DNA of 64,000 bases from Macrostomum lignano (GCA_002269645.1 NIVC01001069.1:248001-312000); one strand, 5' to 3'. Counted from the first letter of the stretch, positions 23,986 through 36,579 are shown. Notes: generated by a model from the letters alone, not told the origin. Numbers and translations: made by a program.

Positions 23986-24539
23986 CCAAAACACATTGAG
24001 TCTGTTGCAAAATGCAAACTCCTAAATTAATTTATAAGCAATATAGAATTAAATATTAGATTACCTGGCATAAAAAAGTACATTGTTACTGCCTTGAAGG
24101 GAGGGAGGCACTTCATTATCTCGCTTCGCTGCGCCATCCTATCGAGTGTTCGTTGGTTGCGGTTTTTTCCTTCAATTAACCTCACAAGCTCGGCTTGTTT
24201 TGCATAAAGTCCCTGGGACAGAGAAAATTGAGTTAAGCCACGCGATTGAGAATTGCGATATTGAGATGTATGTAACTTTATCAAATTCAAAAGGTTTGAG
24301 TCGGCTGATTGTCTATTGAATTAGGGGGGGGGGGGGGCTTTGATTGTGAAATTTTTCCCGCTACCTGGGTAGAAGAGAATCTTTAAGCGACTATAGAGAA
24401 CGAGATGGAGTGACTAAGACAGCTGTAAACATTTATTTAAGTCGCAATGTACTTTAAATAATGAGATAATGGTATTTAGCGCATGCAATGGGAAATACTA
24501 GTTTGGTGCGAAATGTGCAAGGAAAGACTGGGAAAATTA

Positions 24540-26080
24540 GTGAAGGAGAGAGAGGGAGAGAGGGGGAGAGGGGGAGAGTGAGTGAGAGAAGATGGGGAGA
24601 GGGGGAGAGTGAGTGAGGGAGAGAGGGGGAGAGTGAGTGAGGGAGAGAGGGGGAGAGGGGGAGAGTGAGTGAGGGAGAGAGGGGGAGAGTGAGGGAGAGA
24701 GGGGGTGAGTGAGGGAGAGAGGGGGTGAGTGAGGGAGAGAGGGGGTGAGTGAGGGAGAGGGGGAGAGAGTGAGTGAGAGAGAGAGGGGTGAGTGAGGGAG
24801 AGAGGGGTGAGTTAGGGAGAGAGGGGGTGAGTGAGAGAGAGGGGAGAGAGGGAGTGAGGGAGAGAGGGGGAGAGGGGGAGAGTGAGGGAGAGAGGGGGTG
24901 AGTGAGGGAGAAAGGGGGTGAGTGAGGGAGAAAGGGGGTGAGTGAGGGAGAGGGGAAGAGAGTGAGTGAGAGAGAGAGGGGTGAGTGAGGGAGAGAGGGG
25001 TGAGTGAGGGAGAGAGGGGTGAGTGAGGGAGAGAGGGGTGAGTGAGGGAGAGGGGGTGAGTGAGGGAGAGAGGGGTGAGAGGGGGAGAGTGAGTGAGGGA
25101 GAGAGGGGGAGAGTGAGGGAGAGAGGGGGTGAGTGAGGGAGAGAGGGGTGAGTGAGGGAGAGAGGGGGTGAGTGAGGGAGAGGGGAGAGAGGGAGTGAGG
25201 GAGAGAGGGGGAGAGGGGGAGAGTGAGGGAGAGAGGGGGTGAGTGAGGGAGAAAGGGGGTGAGTGAGGGAGAGGGGAAGAGAGTGAGTGAGAGAGAGAGG
25301 GGTGAGTGAGGGAGAGAGGGGTGAGTGAGGGAGAGAGGGGTGAGTGAGGGAGAGAGGGGTGAGAGAGAGAGAGGGGGTGAGTGAGGGAGAGGGGGTGAGT
25401 GAGGGAGAGAGGGGTGAGTGAGGGAGAGAGGGTGAGTGGGAGAGAGGGTGAGTGAGGGAGAGGGGGTGAGTGAGGGAGAGAGGGGTGAGTGAGGGAGAGG
25501 GGGTGAGTGAGGGAGAGAGGGGTGAGAGAGAGAGAGGGGGTGAGTGAGGGAGAAAGGGGTGAGTGAGAGAGAGGGGGTGAGTGAGGGAGAGAGAGGTGAG
25601 TGAGGGAGAGAGGGGTGAGTGAGGGAGAGAGGGGTGAGAGAGAGAGAGGGGTGAGTGAGGGAGAGGGGGTGAGTGAGGGAGAGAGGGGTGAGTGAGGGAG
25701 AGAGGGTGAGTGGGAGAGAGGGTGAGTGAGGGAGAGGGGGTGAGTGAGGGAGAGAGGGGTGAGTGAGGGAGAGGGGGTGAGTGAGGGAGAGAGGGGTGAG
25801 AGAGAGAGAGGGGGTGAGTGAGGGAGAAAGGGCTGAGTGAGAGAGAGGGGGTGAGTGAGGGAGAGAGAGGTGAGTGAGGGAGAGAGGGTGAGTGGGAGAG
25901 AGGGTGAGTGAGGGAGAGGGGGTGAGTGAGGGAGAGAGGGGTGAGTGAGGGAGAGAGGGTGAGTGGGAGAGAGGGTGAGTGAGGGAGAGGGGGTGAGTGA
26001 GGGAGAGAGGGGTGAGTGAGGGAGAGGGGGTGAGTGAGGGAGAGAGGGGGATAGGGTGAGAGTAGTGAGTGGGAGAGAGG
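24540..26080. repeat. G/A-rich array (GAGTGAGGGAGAGAGGGGT-like)
   Basis: About 1.5 kb of almost pure purine plus T with a period near 16-20. Confidence 0.92.
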
Positions 26081-26419
26081 AATGGAGGACTTTCTAGTTA
26101 GACTAAAGTTAGAACTAATTAGACTTTCTAATGGTCAGACATCAACACACTCTATGCCTTGGGGGCTGGCCCTCATGGCTGCGAATAGCTCGACAACCCC
26201 CAAAAGAATGTCGCGAGAGCCAGACACGTTTACCCATGAACGCAAAAGCATTGGATACTCTCCATCTCTAATTGGCCAGTTGAGCACCAACCAATGAGAG
26301 CGGCTTGTCATCATTTGAAAATTGACTCAAGCCAAGTTGTATCTTGTATCTTGCCTGCAGTAGCAGCCCGCGTTGTCGTCAGTTCAGCAAGAGGTTTAGC
26401 TTTGCCTATTGCTAACTCA

Positions 26420-26808
26420 ATGACAGGTTTGTTGTTGCAGCTGTGTTTCTTGTTGCTATGCCAACACGCGCCAGTTGGTCGCTGCCTGCTTCATCGGAGC
26501 TGCACCAACCGGCTCAGTCTGTACGTTGTGGTACCCAGGTGCACGGCTTACTATGTGAATGCGGCCCTGATTGACCCGGCTTACCGGCTGGGCTGGCGGG
26601 CGGTGCAGAGACGCCAGTCCGAGTTCCATCCGCTGCTTACTGGCTCCGGCGACAGAGCGGTCAGCCACCAGTTCATCTACGAGGATGTCAAATGGTACGA
26701 GAAAGTCCTGGAGGGTGTGACAGACGGTTCAGCGACTGATGTGGAGACGGTGGACCCATACTACCTCAACTACAGGATGAACGCCTACTTCTATAATGTT
26801 TCCGTTGG
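26420..26808 (+). CDS. ANF-receptor cassette 1, exon 1 (signal peptide + domain start)
   Basis: MTGLLLQLCFLLLCQHAPVGRC signal-like segment; LSLYVVVPRCTAYYVNAALIDPAYRLGW resembles the N-terminal strand/helix of natriuretic peptide receptors; phase-2 donor GG|GTGAGT compatible with the acceptor at 35232. Confidence 0.75.
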
Positions 26809-26844
26809 GTGAGTCTTGCGTTCGTTTTATGCGGGGCAATGATG

Positions 26845-27520
26845 ACGAGAGGAGGGGAGATGTGGGGAGAGGAGATGCGAGGAGAGGATATGTGGGGAGA
26901 GGAGATGTGGGGAGAGGAGATGTGAGGAGAGGAGATGTGGGGAGAGGAGAGGAGATGTGGGGAGAGGAGAGGAGATGCGAGGAGAGGAGGAGAGAAGTGG
27001 AGAGAGGAGATGTGGAGAGAGGAGATGTGGGGAGAGGAGATGTGGGGAGAGGAGATGTGAGGAGAGGAGATGTGGGAAGAAGAGATGTGGGGAGAGGAGA
27101 AGAGATGTGTGGAGAGGAGGAGAGATGTCGGGAGAAGAGAGAAGTGGGAGGAGGGGAGATGGGAGAGGAGAGGAGATGTGGGGAGAGGAGATGTGAGGAG
27201 AGGAGATGTGGGGAGAGGAGATGTGAGGAGAGGAGATGTGGGGAGAGGAGAAGAGATGTGTGGAGAGGAGGAGAGATGTCGGGAGAAGAGAGAAGTGGGA
27301 GGAGGGGAGATGGGAGAGGAGAGGAGTTGTGGGGAGAGGAGATGTGAGGAGAGGAGATGTGGGGAGAGGAGATGTGAGGAGAGGAGATGTGGGGAGAGGA
27401 GAAGAGATGTGTGGAGAGGAGGAGAGATGTCGGGAGAAGAGAGAAGTGGGAGGAGGGGAGATGGGAGAGGAGAGGAGATGTGAGGAGACGAGGAGGAGAA
27501 CTGGGGAGAGGAGAGGAGAA
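26845..27520. repeat. GA-rich 15-bp-based array (GGAGAGGAGATGTGG)n
   Basis: Visible tandem array just inside the intron. Confidence 0.9.
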
Positions 27521-27924
27521 GAGGGTGGTGTGGGGATGTGGTGGTGTGGTGGTGTGGGGAGACAGGAGAGGACAGAGGTAGGTGAGCAGAGACACTGAGC
27601 CTGGAACTGTGGAGCTGAGTGGGGGGCACTGTAGAAGCCCAGCTGAGAAAACAGCAGGGATGATCATCAACTCAATGTGCTGAGAATCGGATAACGCACT
27701 TCTTTATATCCAAGCTTCTGGCGGAAGCACGTTGAGAGCAGCGAATAAGAGCTCATTCCAGACCTCATCAGCCACCAGTCGAGTCCAGTCTGATTACTCA
27801 ATAATTTATATACGAGTAGCTTGTTGCATCGGCTGGCAACTCAAGAGTTAATAAATACACTATTATCAAACCCTTCCAGTTCATGTTGCTCGAGAGTTTG
27901 TGGGGAAAATCGGGGAAATGGGGA

Positions 27925-28279
<355 letters not shown>

Positions 28280-28726
28280 AAATGAAAGGTTAGCCCTAGT
28301 TTTAGCAAGTGCATAGAAACGTCTGTGCAGGTGTTGGGCGGGAGCCTGCCTGCACCGGTGATCCAATTATCACTTTGCTCGTAAAGGATACTTCGAGTCA
28401 TTCCGAATGATGCGGCTGTCGCTTGTGCGAGACGTTGAAAATACTCGTAATTAAAGACAGAAATTCAGCTTAAGCTGCAGGCCGCGAAAATTGCGGCGGG
28501 GCATTTGGAGTTCTCAAGCTCTTATCCTGCTCTCATCTTCGGGAGAACGGCTAACCAGGCTGCTGTGCTGTGGCATTCACGAAATTTTGCAGTTCATTTT
28601 TATCTTTTAAAAGTTCGATTAATTATGTTTTGGATCATCTGTAAAGGTTCTAGTAGAAAGAAAAGTAAAGTGTACACTTTTTTGTTCTCAAAAAGCTAAA
28701 AGTCTAAAAGAATCCATCTAAAAGAA

Positions 28727-28919
28727 GGGATAGCCAAGTGGCTAGAGCATCGGACTCACGACTGAAAGGTCGGGAGTTCGACTCTCGACCAACTCGGAAC
28801 AATTTGCGTCCTTGAGCAAGACACTTAACTCTGCATTGCTTCAGTTCACCCAGCTGTAAAATGGGTTTCAGCATTAGCTGGCGTAATTGAGGATGTGTGG
28901 TGACCCCCTCCCCTCCTTG
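28727..28919 (+). mobile_element. tRNA-derived SINE with CORE-like central domain
   Basis: A-box TAGCCAAGTGG (28731), B-box GTTCGACTC (28776), then CCTTGAGCAAGACACTTAAC...CAGCTGTAAAATGGG resembling the MIR/CORE domain; (CAT)n tail follows. Confidence 0.8.
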
Positions 28920-28936
28920 ATCATCATCATCATCAG

Positions 28937-28989
<53 letters not shown>

Positions 28990-29038
28990 GCATCATCATC
29001 CTCATCATCATCATCAGCATCATCATCATCATCATCAG

Positions 29039-29109
<71 letters not shown>

Positions 29110-29203
29110 CATCATCATCTTCATCATCACCATTATCATCTTCATCATCATCGTCACCAACTTCATTATCATCATCACCAAAATCATCATCAGTATCATC
29201 ATG
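28920..29203. repeat. (CAT)n microsatellite (probable SINE tail)
   Basis: Pure trinucleotide run; explains the poly-M and poly-I ORFs. Confidence 0.97.
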
Positions 29204-30058
29204 ATGTAGAGAGTAGAGAGTAGAGAGTACTCGTAGGAAAAGTAATTATTAAGGCACAGAATGCTTATCCGAGTGTTTCTGTAGTGTTTGAGAAATAATT
29301 TTTTGGAGAACTTCATAGGATAAAAATACGAAGCTCGAGTTTCTCTGTTGTCTCTCCAGAGCCGGGGTTTGGTTCTGTTTGAGAAGTCTCAGGTCATGTC
29401 CGTTGTGCTGATTTTTCAAGTTTGCATAATATCAAATAAATATTGCTCCGTCCGTGTAAGCCGGCAAGCTTTCCTTATAGTCTGTGCCTTATTCTATTCC
29501 AAACTGCATTAACTTCAAACTTGGTTTGTGTGTGCGCAAGTGGCCGGTGCAGAGCACTTTCTTTGCTATTTCCTTGCCTCTCTGTCTCTCTCTCTCTGTG
29601 TGTGTGTGTGTGCTGTCTTCGAGTCAATAATTGTCTTCTCAAATCAGAGAGAGAGAGAGAGAGAGAAGTTTTGCGTGACTTGCATCGTGTCTAAAGATGT
29701 ATTTTGTTTCAATTTTGCTGCCGCAACTCGACTCTAACTGATAAGTCATCGAAAAAACGAACGTACTGAAGTGTTAATCAAGTTAAGTCTTAATCAATGA
29801 TTAATGTAAATTTTTCCATTGACATTTAACTAGCCTGCATCAGACAGTTGACTGACGGCAACACGTTGCCGTGATTAACCAGTCCCGCAGTGAAGCCCCA
29901 CGAGTGGCTCTCTTCTCTTTTGTGGGGCTTTCATGCTCAGGCAGATTTTGCCCATGCTTCGGAATTTTCACTGTTGATCGTGTCCGTTAAAGCTCTTTTG
30001 TTGAGATTGAGGCCAAAGGAGGGGAGAGAGGAGAGAAGAAAGAAGAGAGAAGATAAGT

Positions 30059-30138
<80 letters not shown>

Positions 30139-30177
30139 GAGAGGTCACGGCGTGTTTAACAAAATTTTTTAAATATG

Positions 30178-30215
30178 GGCTACCGGTTTCGAGCCTCTGG
30201 GCTCTTCGTCAGGCC
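30178..30215 (-). ncRNA. Minimal type I hammerhead ribozyme (HHR-C)
   Basis: Minus strand: GGC-CUGACGA-A-GAGCC(CAGA)GGCUC-GAAA-CCGG-UA|GCC. Full catalytic core, 5-bp stem II, palindromic stem III ACCGGU, 3-bp stem I; lies in the 3' region of a Penelope-like fragment. Confidence 0.8.
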
Positions 30216-30579
30216 AAAAATCTGTGTGTAATGCAAAGCAAGTTGGTCTTATAAGTGTTATTTTTCTTAGTCTGATAAAATTGATGAGTAAGTTGTACAT
30301 ATGACGGATGTACATTTAAAACCCTGTTTTGTCTAGCTCTAACTTGTCCCAGAGGCTTTTCACCATTCATTTCAATCGACAGTATATTTATTATATAAAA
30401 AATGTTTTTTCGAAGTACCATGGTACTATACGATTAGATGAAAAGCCGGTATTGGAGGTAGGAGCATAAAAATCGATATTTGTGCGTACAATCAAGCAGT
30501 TTGAATAAAATAAATGACAAAGTGAATAAATATTGTACATCAATTAATAGGGTAAAAATAGCGCATTGGTTAAAATGAT

Positions 30580-31155
30580 TCAGTGGTTTCCTGGCTGAGA
30601 CTCGAACTTATTGGGAGCCAGGAGGCTCTGTAAGTTACGTTGCCGTGTAAATGCGGGCATTATGCGGGAGCCTGGTTTATTTTGTAGCTTATCAAAGTTT
30701 TTAGCAATCTCGTTGGCGAGCCAGACCGTAGATGGGTGAAAAGGAAGGACCAGTGGGATGGGTCGGAGAAGATGATTGTCGACCCTGATGTTCGTACCCG
30801 GCGGTTTGTCAGTCCTCAGTTTTTTAATCCAGATCTCTTCCCTTAGTTCGATTTTGTTGTTATTAAGAACTTCTTCGATAGCAATGGAGACAAAGTTTGC
30901 AATCGAGTGATTGGGGGTGAGAAAGTGCTCTGACGCCGAAGTAACGACTCTCCTGTTAATATTTGGCCTGTGCTGGTTCATTCTATCTCTTATTGTTCTT
31001 CTAGTCATACCTACATAGAGGATTTCCCAGGGTGGCACTGGTTACCGATGCCATAGATGATGCTCTTGGAGCCACAGGACAGGCTCTGAGAGATTAAAAA
31101 TCCGGAAGCCGGTCTCAGTCCCTGGGCAGAGAGAGCAGGCGGTGAGTGGGTGCAG
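30580..31155 (-). pseudogene. Penelope-like element fragment 2: GIY-YIG endonuclease region
   Basis: CKCC...[16 protein letters not shown] (frameshift near 31020) LYVGMTRRTIRDRMNQH...HFLTPNHS...REEIWIKKLRT..PPGTN...IPLVLPFHP, typical of the PLE C-terminus. Confidence 0.88.
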
Positions 31156-31334
31156 CATTTGCAGCGAGAGAGAGAGAGGGAGAGAGGGAGAGAGAGAGAG
31201 AGAGAGGGAGAGAGAGAGAGAGAGAGGGAGAGAGAGAGAGAGGGAGAGAGAGAGGGAGAGAGGAGGGCACCTCCAATCTCAGGCACTGACACGGTAACGG
31301 TAGATAGGACTGAACAAAGTCAGTGTAATTGAAT

Positions 31335-31373
31335 TGCCGATATTTCGAAATTGTTATTTTCTTCGTCAGGGCA
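31335..31373 (-). ncRNA. Minimal type I hammerhead ribozyme (HHR-A)
   Basis: Minus strand: UGCC-CUGACGA-A-GAAA(AUAACAA)UUUC-GAAA-UA-UC|GGCA. Stems I and II pair and stem III is the palindrome AUAU. Confidence 0.82.
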
Positions 31374-31395
31374 GATAAGAGAGAGCATTTGCAGC

Positions 31396-31428
<33 letters not shown>

Positions 31429-31443
31429 GGAGAGAGAGGGAGA

Positions 31444-31523
<80 letters not shown>

Positions 31524-31593
31524 CGCCTCCAATCTCGGGCACTGACACGGTAGAAAGTCAGAAAGGACTGAAAAAAGTCAATTTAAATTGAGT

Positions 31594-31630
31594 AGCCGAT
31601 ATTTCGAAATTAAATTTCTTCGTCAGGGCC
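31594..31630 (-). ncRNA. Minimal type I hammerhead ribozyme (HHR-B)
   Basis: Minus strand: GGCC-CUGACGA-A-GAAAU(UUA)AUUUC-GAAA-UA-UC|GGCU. Same core as HHR-A with a different loop II and pairing-compatible stem I variation. Confidence 0.82.
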
Positions 31631-32067
31631 AGGGCTGTAAGCGAGTGAAGTTTATTTGGCGCGAATTGCCATCAATATATAAAGGCGATATCGCCAGGGA
31701 GAGACGATCGATAAATTGGTGTGCTCAAGCACTTAAAACAGTACGCATGGTCAGTACATAAAAACGAGTCCGAGACTATGAGAAAAGCGGGGGGTGGCTA
31801 AAACTGTACAATTGGGCCTAGACGACCTTTGAGTGTAGAATAAAAATTGTAAAAATAAATGGCAAAATAAATAGATAAGGTAAATAAAAATTATTATTAA
31901 ATGCTCAGAGCAAAAAATGCAGGTGCACCGTACACACTACACAGTGTCAGAAAAATGAATAAAAAGCAGAGAATAAATAATCTGAATAAATCAAAATAAA
32001 GTCAATGAAAAAATCACAGAGGGGAAAATAGCAGTAAAAGAGCCTTTGTACAGGCGTCAAAAGGGGC

Positions 32068-33182
32068 CTAGTTGGCAGGATCGAGCCGACTATGAGAGAG
32101 CAGAGTCCGGAGGCTTCTCCCCTTGGTGTAGGCGGGCAGCACCGGGGTCTCGCAGTGGCGTATCACCCTGTCCTTCACTTTGGCAGCCAGGGCGTCGGAG
32201 GTCGCACAGTGGGGCAGGATCAGCGGGATGGCCGGTTTGTGCAGTATGCCGGCAAGTTCGTTGGCGCCGTGTGGAACATGAGTCCTCAGGACCTCGATAA
32301 ACTTGGCCTCCTGGCGCTGACGCCGCTCGTCAGCTCTGGGTCCTGTGCCATCGCGTGTCCAGATGCCGGTGAAGGTGAAGTCCGTCAGACTGTGGCCACC
32401 GCTGATGAAGTGGCGCGCTACCGGAGTGTCACGGGTGTGCCGGATGTCACCGATGTGCGCCAGCATGCGACCACGGATGCTGTTGGCGGTCTCGCCGACG
32501 TAGACCGTGTGGTCGCACCGGCGGCAGAACACGGCATCGACGGCGTTCGTGGCGTTGCAGTCGATCCGCTGACTGATGATGAGCTGGACTGTCGTGGCTG
32601 CTGATCCGGGGCAGACGGAGGTGAACCTGGCGTGCGCCTGGCAGCACTTGCAGAGTCGGGCCGAGTTGCACGGCAGGAAGCCGAACTCCCACCGTCTGGT
32701 CGGGTAGAAGCCGAGCTCCGTCAGCACGTCGTACTTGATGGTGCGGAGGAAGCGCCGGCTGTAGCCTTGGTGCTGCACCAGATTCGACATCAGCCCGGTG
32801 CACGCTGCGTCGAAGTCGGCCATCCGGGAGCACCGCCGGGCGTACCTGAGGAGCTGGGACTTTACCACGCCCCGGAAAGTTCGCTTAGGATGGAAGGAGC
32901 CGCGGTGGATGAGGACTCGGCTGTTGGTGGGCTTGAAATATACCCTGGTTGCCAGGCTTTTGCTGTCGCCTTCGCGGTCCCAGAAGACGGTGGTGTCTAG
33001 GAAGTTTACCTCTGTGCTGCTGTAGCTCAGTTGAAGTCGGATGTTGGGGTCGAGGGCGTCCAGGTGTTGATGGAACTGGACCAGCTCCGCCTCTGTGCCA
33101 CGCCACACTCCAAAGACGTCGTCGATGTAGCGGAGCCTCAGGCTGGGCTTCTGCTGGCTGGTCTCCAGGCCTCTCTGCTCTG
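32068..33182 (-). pseudogene. Penelope-like RT (C-terminal half) + GIY-YIG endonuclease
   Basis: KPSLRLRYIDDVF, VNFLDT, YFKPTN..LIHRGSFHP, CKCC, CNATNAVDAVFCRRC..VYVGET..RGRMLAH. 5'-truncated just upstream of YIDD; the GIY-position Tyr reads Asp. Confidence 0.93.
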
Positions 33183-33269
33183 TTTCGAAATTGTTATTTT
33201 CTTCGTCAGGGCAGATAAGAGAGAGCATTTGCAGCGAGAGAGAGAGAGAGAGAGGGAGAGAGGGAGAGA

Positions 33270-33311
<42 letters not shown>

Positions 33312-34017
33312 AAGAGGGGGAAGAGAGAAGAGAGCAGAGAGAAGAGAGAGGAGACAAAACAAGAAGAGAAAGAAGAAAAGCGAAGAGGATAGAAAAGAAG
33401 AGGAGAGAGAAAAGAGAAGAGACAGCAGATTAGAGATAAGAGAGTTGACAGGACACGCAAACCTTGAAGGTAATTGCTATTGTGAAGTTTCAAAAATACC
33501 CGAGGGCCGGATAGAGAGGCTTTGCGGGCCGCATCTAATAAAGAAGCAGCTTGATCAACTTTCAGACTTGATAAACTTGAAACAGCCGATGTGTCAAGTA
33601 GCACATACGAGTAGCACTCGCTGCGTCTTGGAGCTTGTCCTTCGCGGTAGTGAACCGCACATGATGATGAGCCAAGCACGGAATCAAACTTTGAAGCGTG
33701 CCGGATCAGAAGCTGACGTGGACTGAAGCATCGGGTTATCTCTCCCAATTAAAGGCAGCTGAGCTAGCGGCTTCTTGAGACAATTCAAGTCACACCTGGG
33801 AGTCCGGGATCTCACAGAAAGGGAAAGGAAGAGAGAGAGGCTGCGGATGTCGAGACTGAAGGGTTTATTAAATTGCAGTGAGGTGAGAACCGCTCGACTT
33901 AATCCTAGGGGCTGAGAGATACCTGCGCACTCGAGTGATTAAAAGCGTACTTTTGGTTGTTGAAAAAACCGCTTTTTTGCCTGATCCTGGATCCCAGAAC
34001 TGAACTATGGCTGCCTA

Positions 34018-34255
34018 TGAATCTTAATGGAATTAGGGTGAATCTTAATGGGGTGAATCTTAATGGAATTAGGGTTAATCATAACAGGAATTAGGGTGAA
34101 TCTTAATGGAATTAGGGTTAATCATAACAGGAATTAGGGTGAATCTTAATGGAATTAGGGTTAATCATAACAGGAATTAGGGTGAATCTTAATGGAATTA
34201 GGGTGAATCTTATTGGGAATTAGGGTGAATCTTAATGAGAATTAGGGTGAATCTT
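34018..34255. repeat. TTAGGG-containing ~21-bp minisatellite (GAATTAGGGTGAATCTTAATG)
   Basis: About ten visible copies. Confidence 0.88.
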
Positions 34256-35231
34256 TCAACCCTTTGTACTGAAAAAAACAGATCAGATTATTTGTTAAAT
34301 TATTCAAAAAAATAATTGTCACTACGCCAGGACTGAAGTTAGTGGACTCAATCAAAACGAAATCTCTCAGATTAGCAAATCCAATTCCCGCTGTTTCCTG
34401 CATCTCGGCTAAGCTCACGCCAGCATGAGAGGCAAATGCATTTTCTCAGGTTTTGTATTGTTCCACCTGTTAATTATAGGAGTTCCGCTATCTCCCTCTC
34501 CCTCTCTGTGTCTCTCTAAAGTTCTGCAACCCACAGTCGAGAGCTGACATTGAAGACTTTCCTCAACTGAACATACTTGCAGTTGCGCTAATTTTGCAGA
34601 TAGAGCAGCCTGTAATTTGAATAGTCAGCTGCTCTGATGTTCGGCTCAGCTCTAATATTTTTTCACCTTTTAACATAATAAAAATCGCTGGTTTTTACTA
34701 TAAGTAGATAGATAGAATTTGACTGGCTTTCGTCAATCGATGAGTTTGAATCTGAATGGTTGAATGGGAAGCAGATGGACGAAGTTGCACCTGCTGCTGC
34801 TGCTAGGGAGGCAGAGGGAAAGGGAGAGATAGAGGGAGAGAGGTGAGAGGGGAGAGGGGAGAGGAGAGAGGGGAGAGGAGAGAGGGGAGAGGAGAGAGCA
34901 GAAAGAAAGAGGGGAGAGGTTAGAGGGAAGAGAAGAGAGGGGAGAGAGGGGAAGTGGGAGAGGGTGAAGTGGAGAGGGCAAAGGGGAGAGGGAGAGGGGA
35001 GAGGAGAGACCGGGAGAGTGGAGAGAGGAGAGAGGAGAGAGGAGAGAGAGGAGAGGGGAGAAAGGGGAGGGGAGAGGGTAAAGTGGAGAGAGAGAAGAGA
35101 GGGAGGGTCACGGGGAGAAGGGGGAAAGAGAGCGAGAGTCACAGGAAAGCAGTGAGGCAGATGAGGCACACAACCCTTGTGAGCTGTCTCTGTCGCGCAC
35201 CTGGCAAACCGATTCACACCAATAACCGCAG

Positions 35232-35647
35232 GCGCCTCTGCATCCACGCCTTCTTCGGGCCGGTGTCGGACTACTCTGTGACGCAGTTCCTGCCGTTCAC
35301 GTTTCACAATGAAATCCCGCTGATCACCTCTGGCGCCATTCATCCAGCATTCGGCATCAAGAGCGGCAGCTCGCTGACCAGAGTGACCCCACTGCTGGTG
35401 CAGGACCTTGCCGCTACCATTGAAGTGCTGATGCTGGACAACAACTGGCGCAGGGTGTCGGTGCTGTACAACGAGCCGCGCTACCGGCCGAAGGGCGACA
35501 TTCCGAGCAGTCCGGCGCCCGGCCAGAAGCTGCTCAGGTGGTGCACCGGCGAGTCCAAGCTGGTCGGCATTGACTGCGTATTTGAAGTTGGCGCCGCGGA
35601 GACCCTTGTCAACACGATGAAGCTGAAGATCGGCTTGAGCAGGGCGT
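35232..35647 (+). CDS. ANF-receptor cassette 1, exon 2
   Basis: Acceptor AACCGCAG (phase 2). IHAFFGPVSDYSVTQF...IPLITSGAIHPAFG..LTRV...NNWRRVSVLY matches ANF-receptor motifs. Ends ...NTMKLKIGLSRA with a phase-1 donor GTGAGT at 35648. Confidence 0.85.
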
Positions 35648-35767
35648 GTGAGTACTAGAAACTTGAATTGTTTCCATTTTGGGTGGCGATACAACTGGGT
35701 TCGAACCCGGGTCATGTATCAATGAGGAATTTTGAGCTGCATGTTTGAGTTAAGATTGATATGAACC

Positions 35768-36103
35768 ATATGAGCTATGAGCTATGAGCTATGAGCTACC
35801 AGCTATGAGCTATGAGCTATGAGCTATGAGCTATGAGTTACGAGTATGAGTATGAGTATGAGCTATGAGCTATGTGCTATGTGCTATGAGCTATGAGCTA
35901 TGAGCTATGAGCTATGAGCTATGAGCTATGTGCTATGAGCTATGAGCTATGAGCTATGAGTTACGAGTATGAGTATGAGTATGAGCTATGAGCTATGTGC
36001 TATGTGCTATGTGCTATGAGCTATGAGCTATGAGCTATGAGCTATGAGCTATGAGCTATGAGCTATGAGCTATGAGTTACGAGTATGAGTATGAGCTATG
36101 AGC
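35768..36103. repeat. (TATGAGC)n 7-bp repeat
   Basis: Visible heptamer run. Confidence 0.95.
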
Positions 36104-36579
36104 TGTATTAAAAATGCTAACACACTTTAAATTAAAATGTCCTGATAAAAAATTTACAAAAATCAACTTATAAAAGTCATAGAGTAACATATCATTGCTC
36201 GTGTGAGCGATGATGAGCAGTGATTGAGTACTCAATGTTTTTATGGTTTTATATGTTGACTTGTTCTGTGAACTGCTAGCCTCAGGTGTACAATATGGAC
36301 TGGTCAGTCCCATATCGGCCACGTTATAGAGAGATCAAAGATAAGCCACATTAGCAATAAAATCCGAGTTACCTTCTTCAGACCCTGGCTCAACTCAAGA
36401 TAACAGCTCAGACTTAAGTGACTTTTAAAAACTAATTTAATCTCTTGAGCTGAGTGGAGTCACTTTCGTGCGATCTGTGCAAAACAGAAATTTTTCTAAG
36501 AAGTTGACTTATGTAGAAGTATGACTAACAGAATATATATTCGCAATACGTTTTACTAGCTATGAAAGAATTGTAATTA

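Larger units (their letters stand above)
31145..33300 (-). mobile_element. Penelope-like element 1: 5'-truncated RT + GIY-YIG with tandem pseudo-LTR units
   Basis: ORF fragment 33182-32068, AT-rich 3' UTR, and a repeated unit [hammerhead + spacer + (TC)n + GCTGCAAATGCT] at 31145-31630, partially repeated at 33183-33300. Confidence 0.88.

Noticed and set aside
26729-27670. Pro/Ser-rich and Glu/Arg-rich ORFs
   Set aside because: Produced by the GA-rich intronic array.
28727-28792. tRNA gene
   Set aside because: It has A/B boxes but no complete cloverleaf and continues into a SINE body, so it is called as a SINE head.
33206-33748. 180-aa minus-strand ORF next to the Penelope pseudo-LTR
   Set aside because: Half of it is low complexity and the unique part has no motif I recognise; it cannot be supported as an exon.
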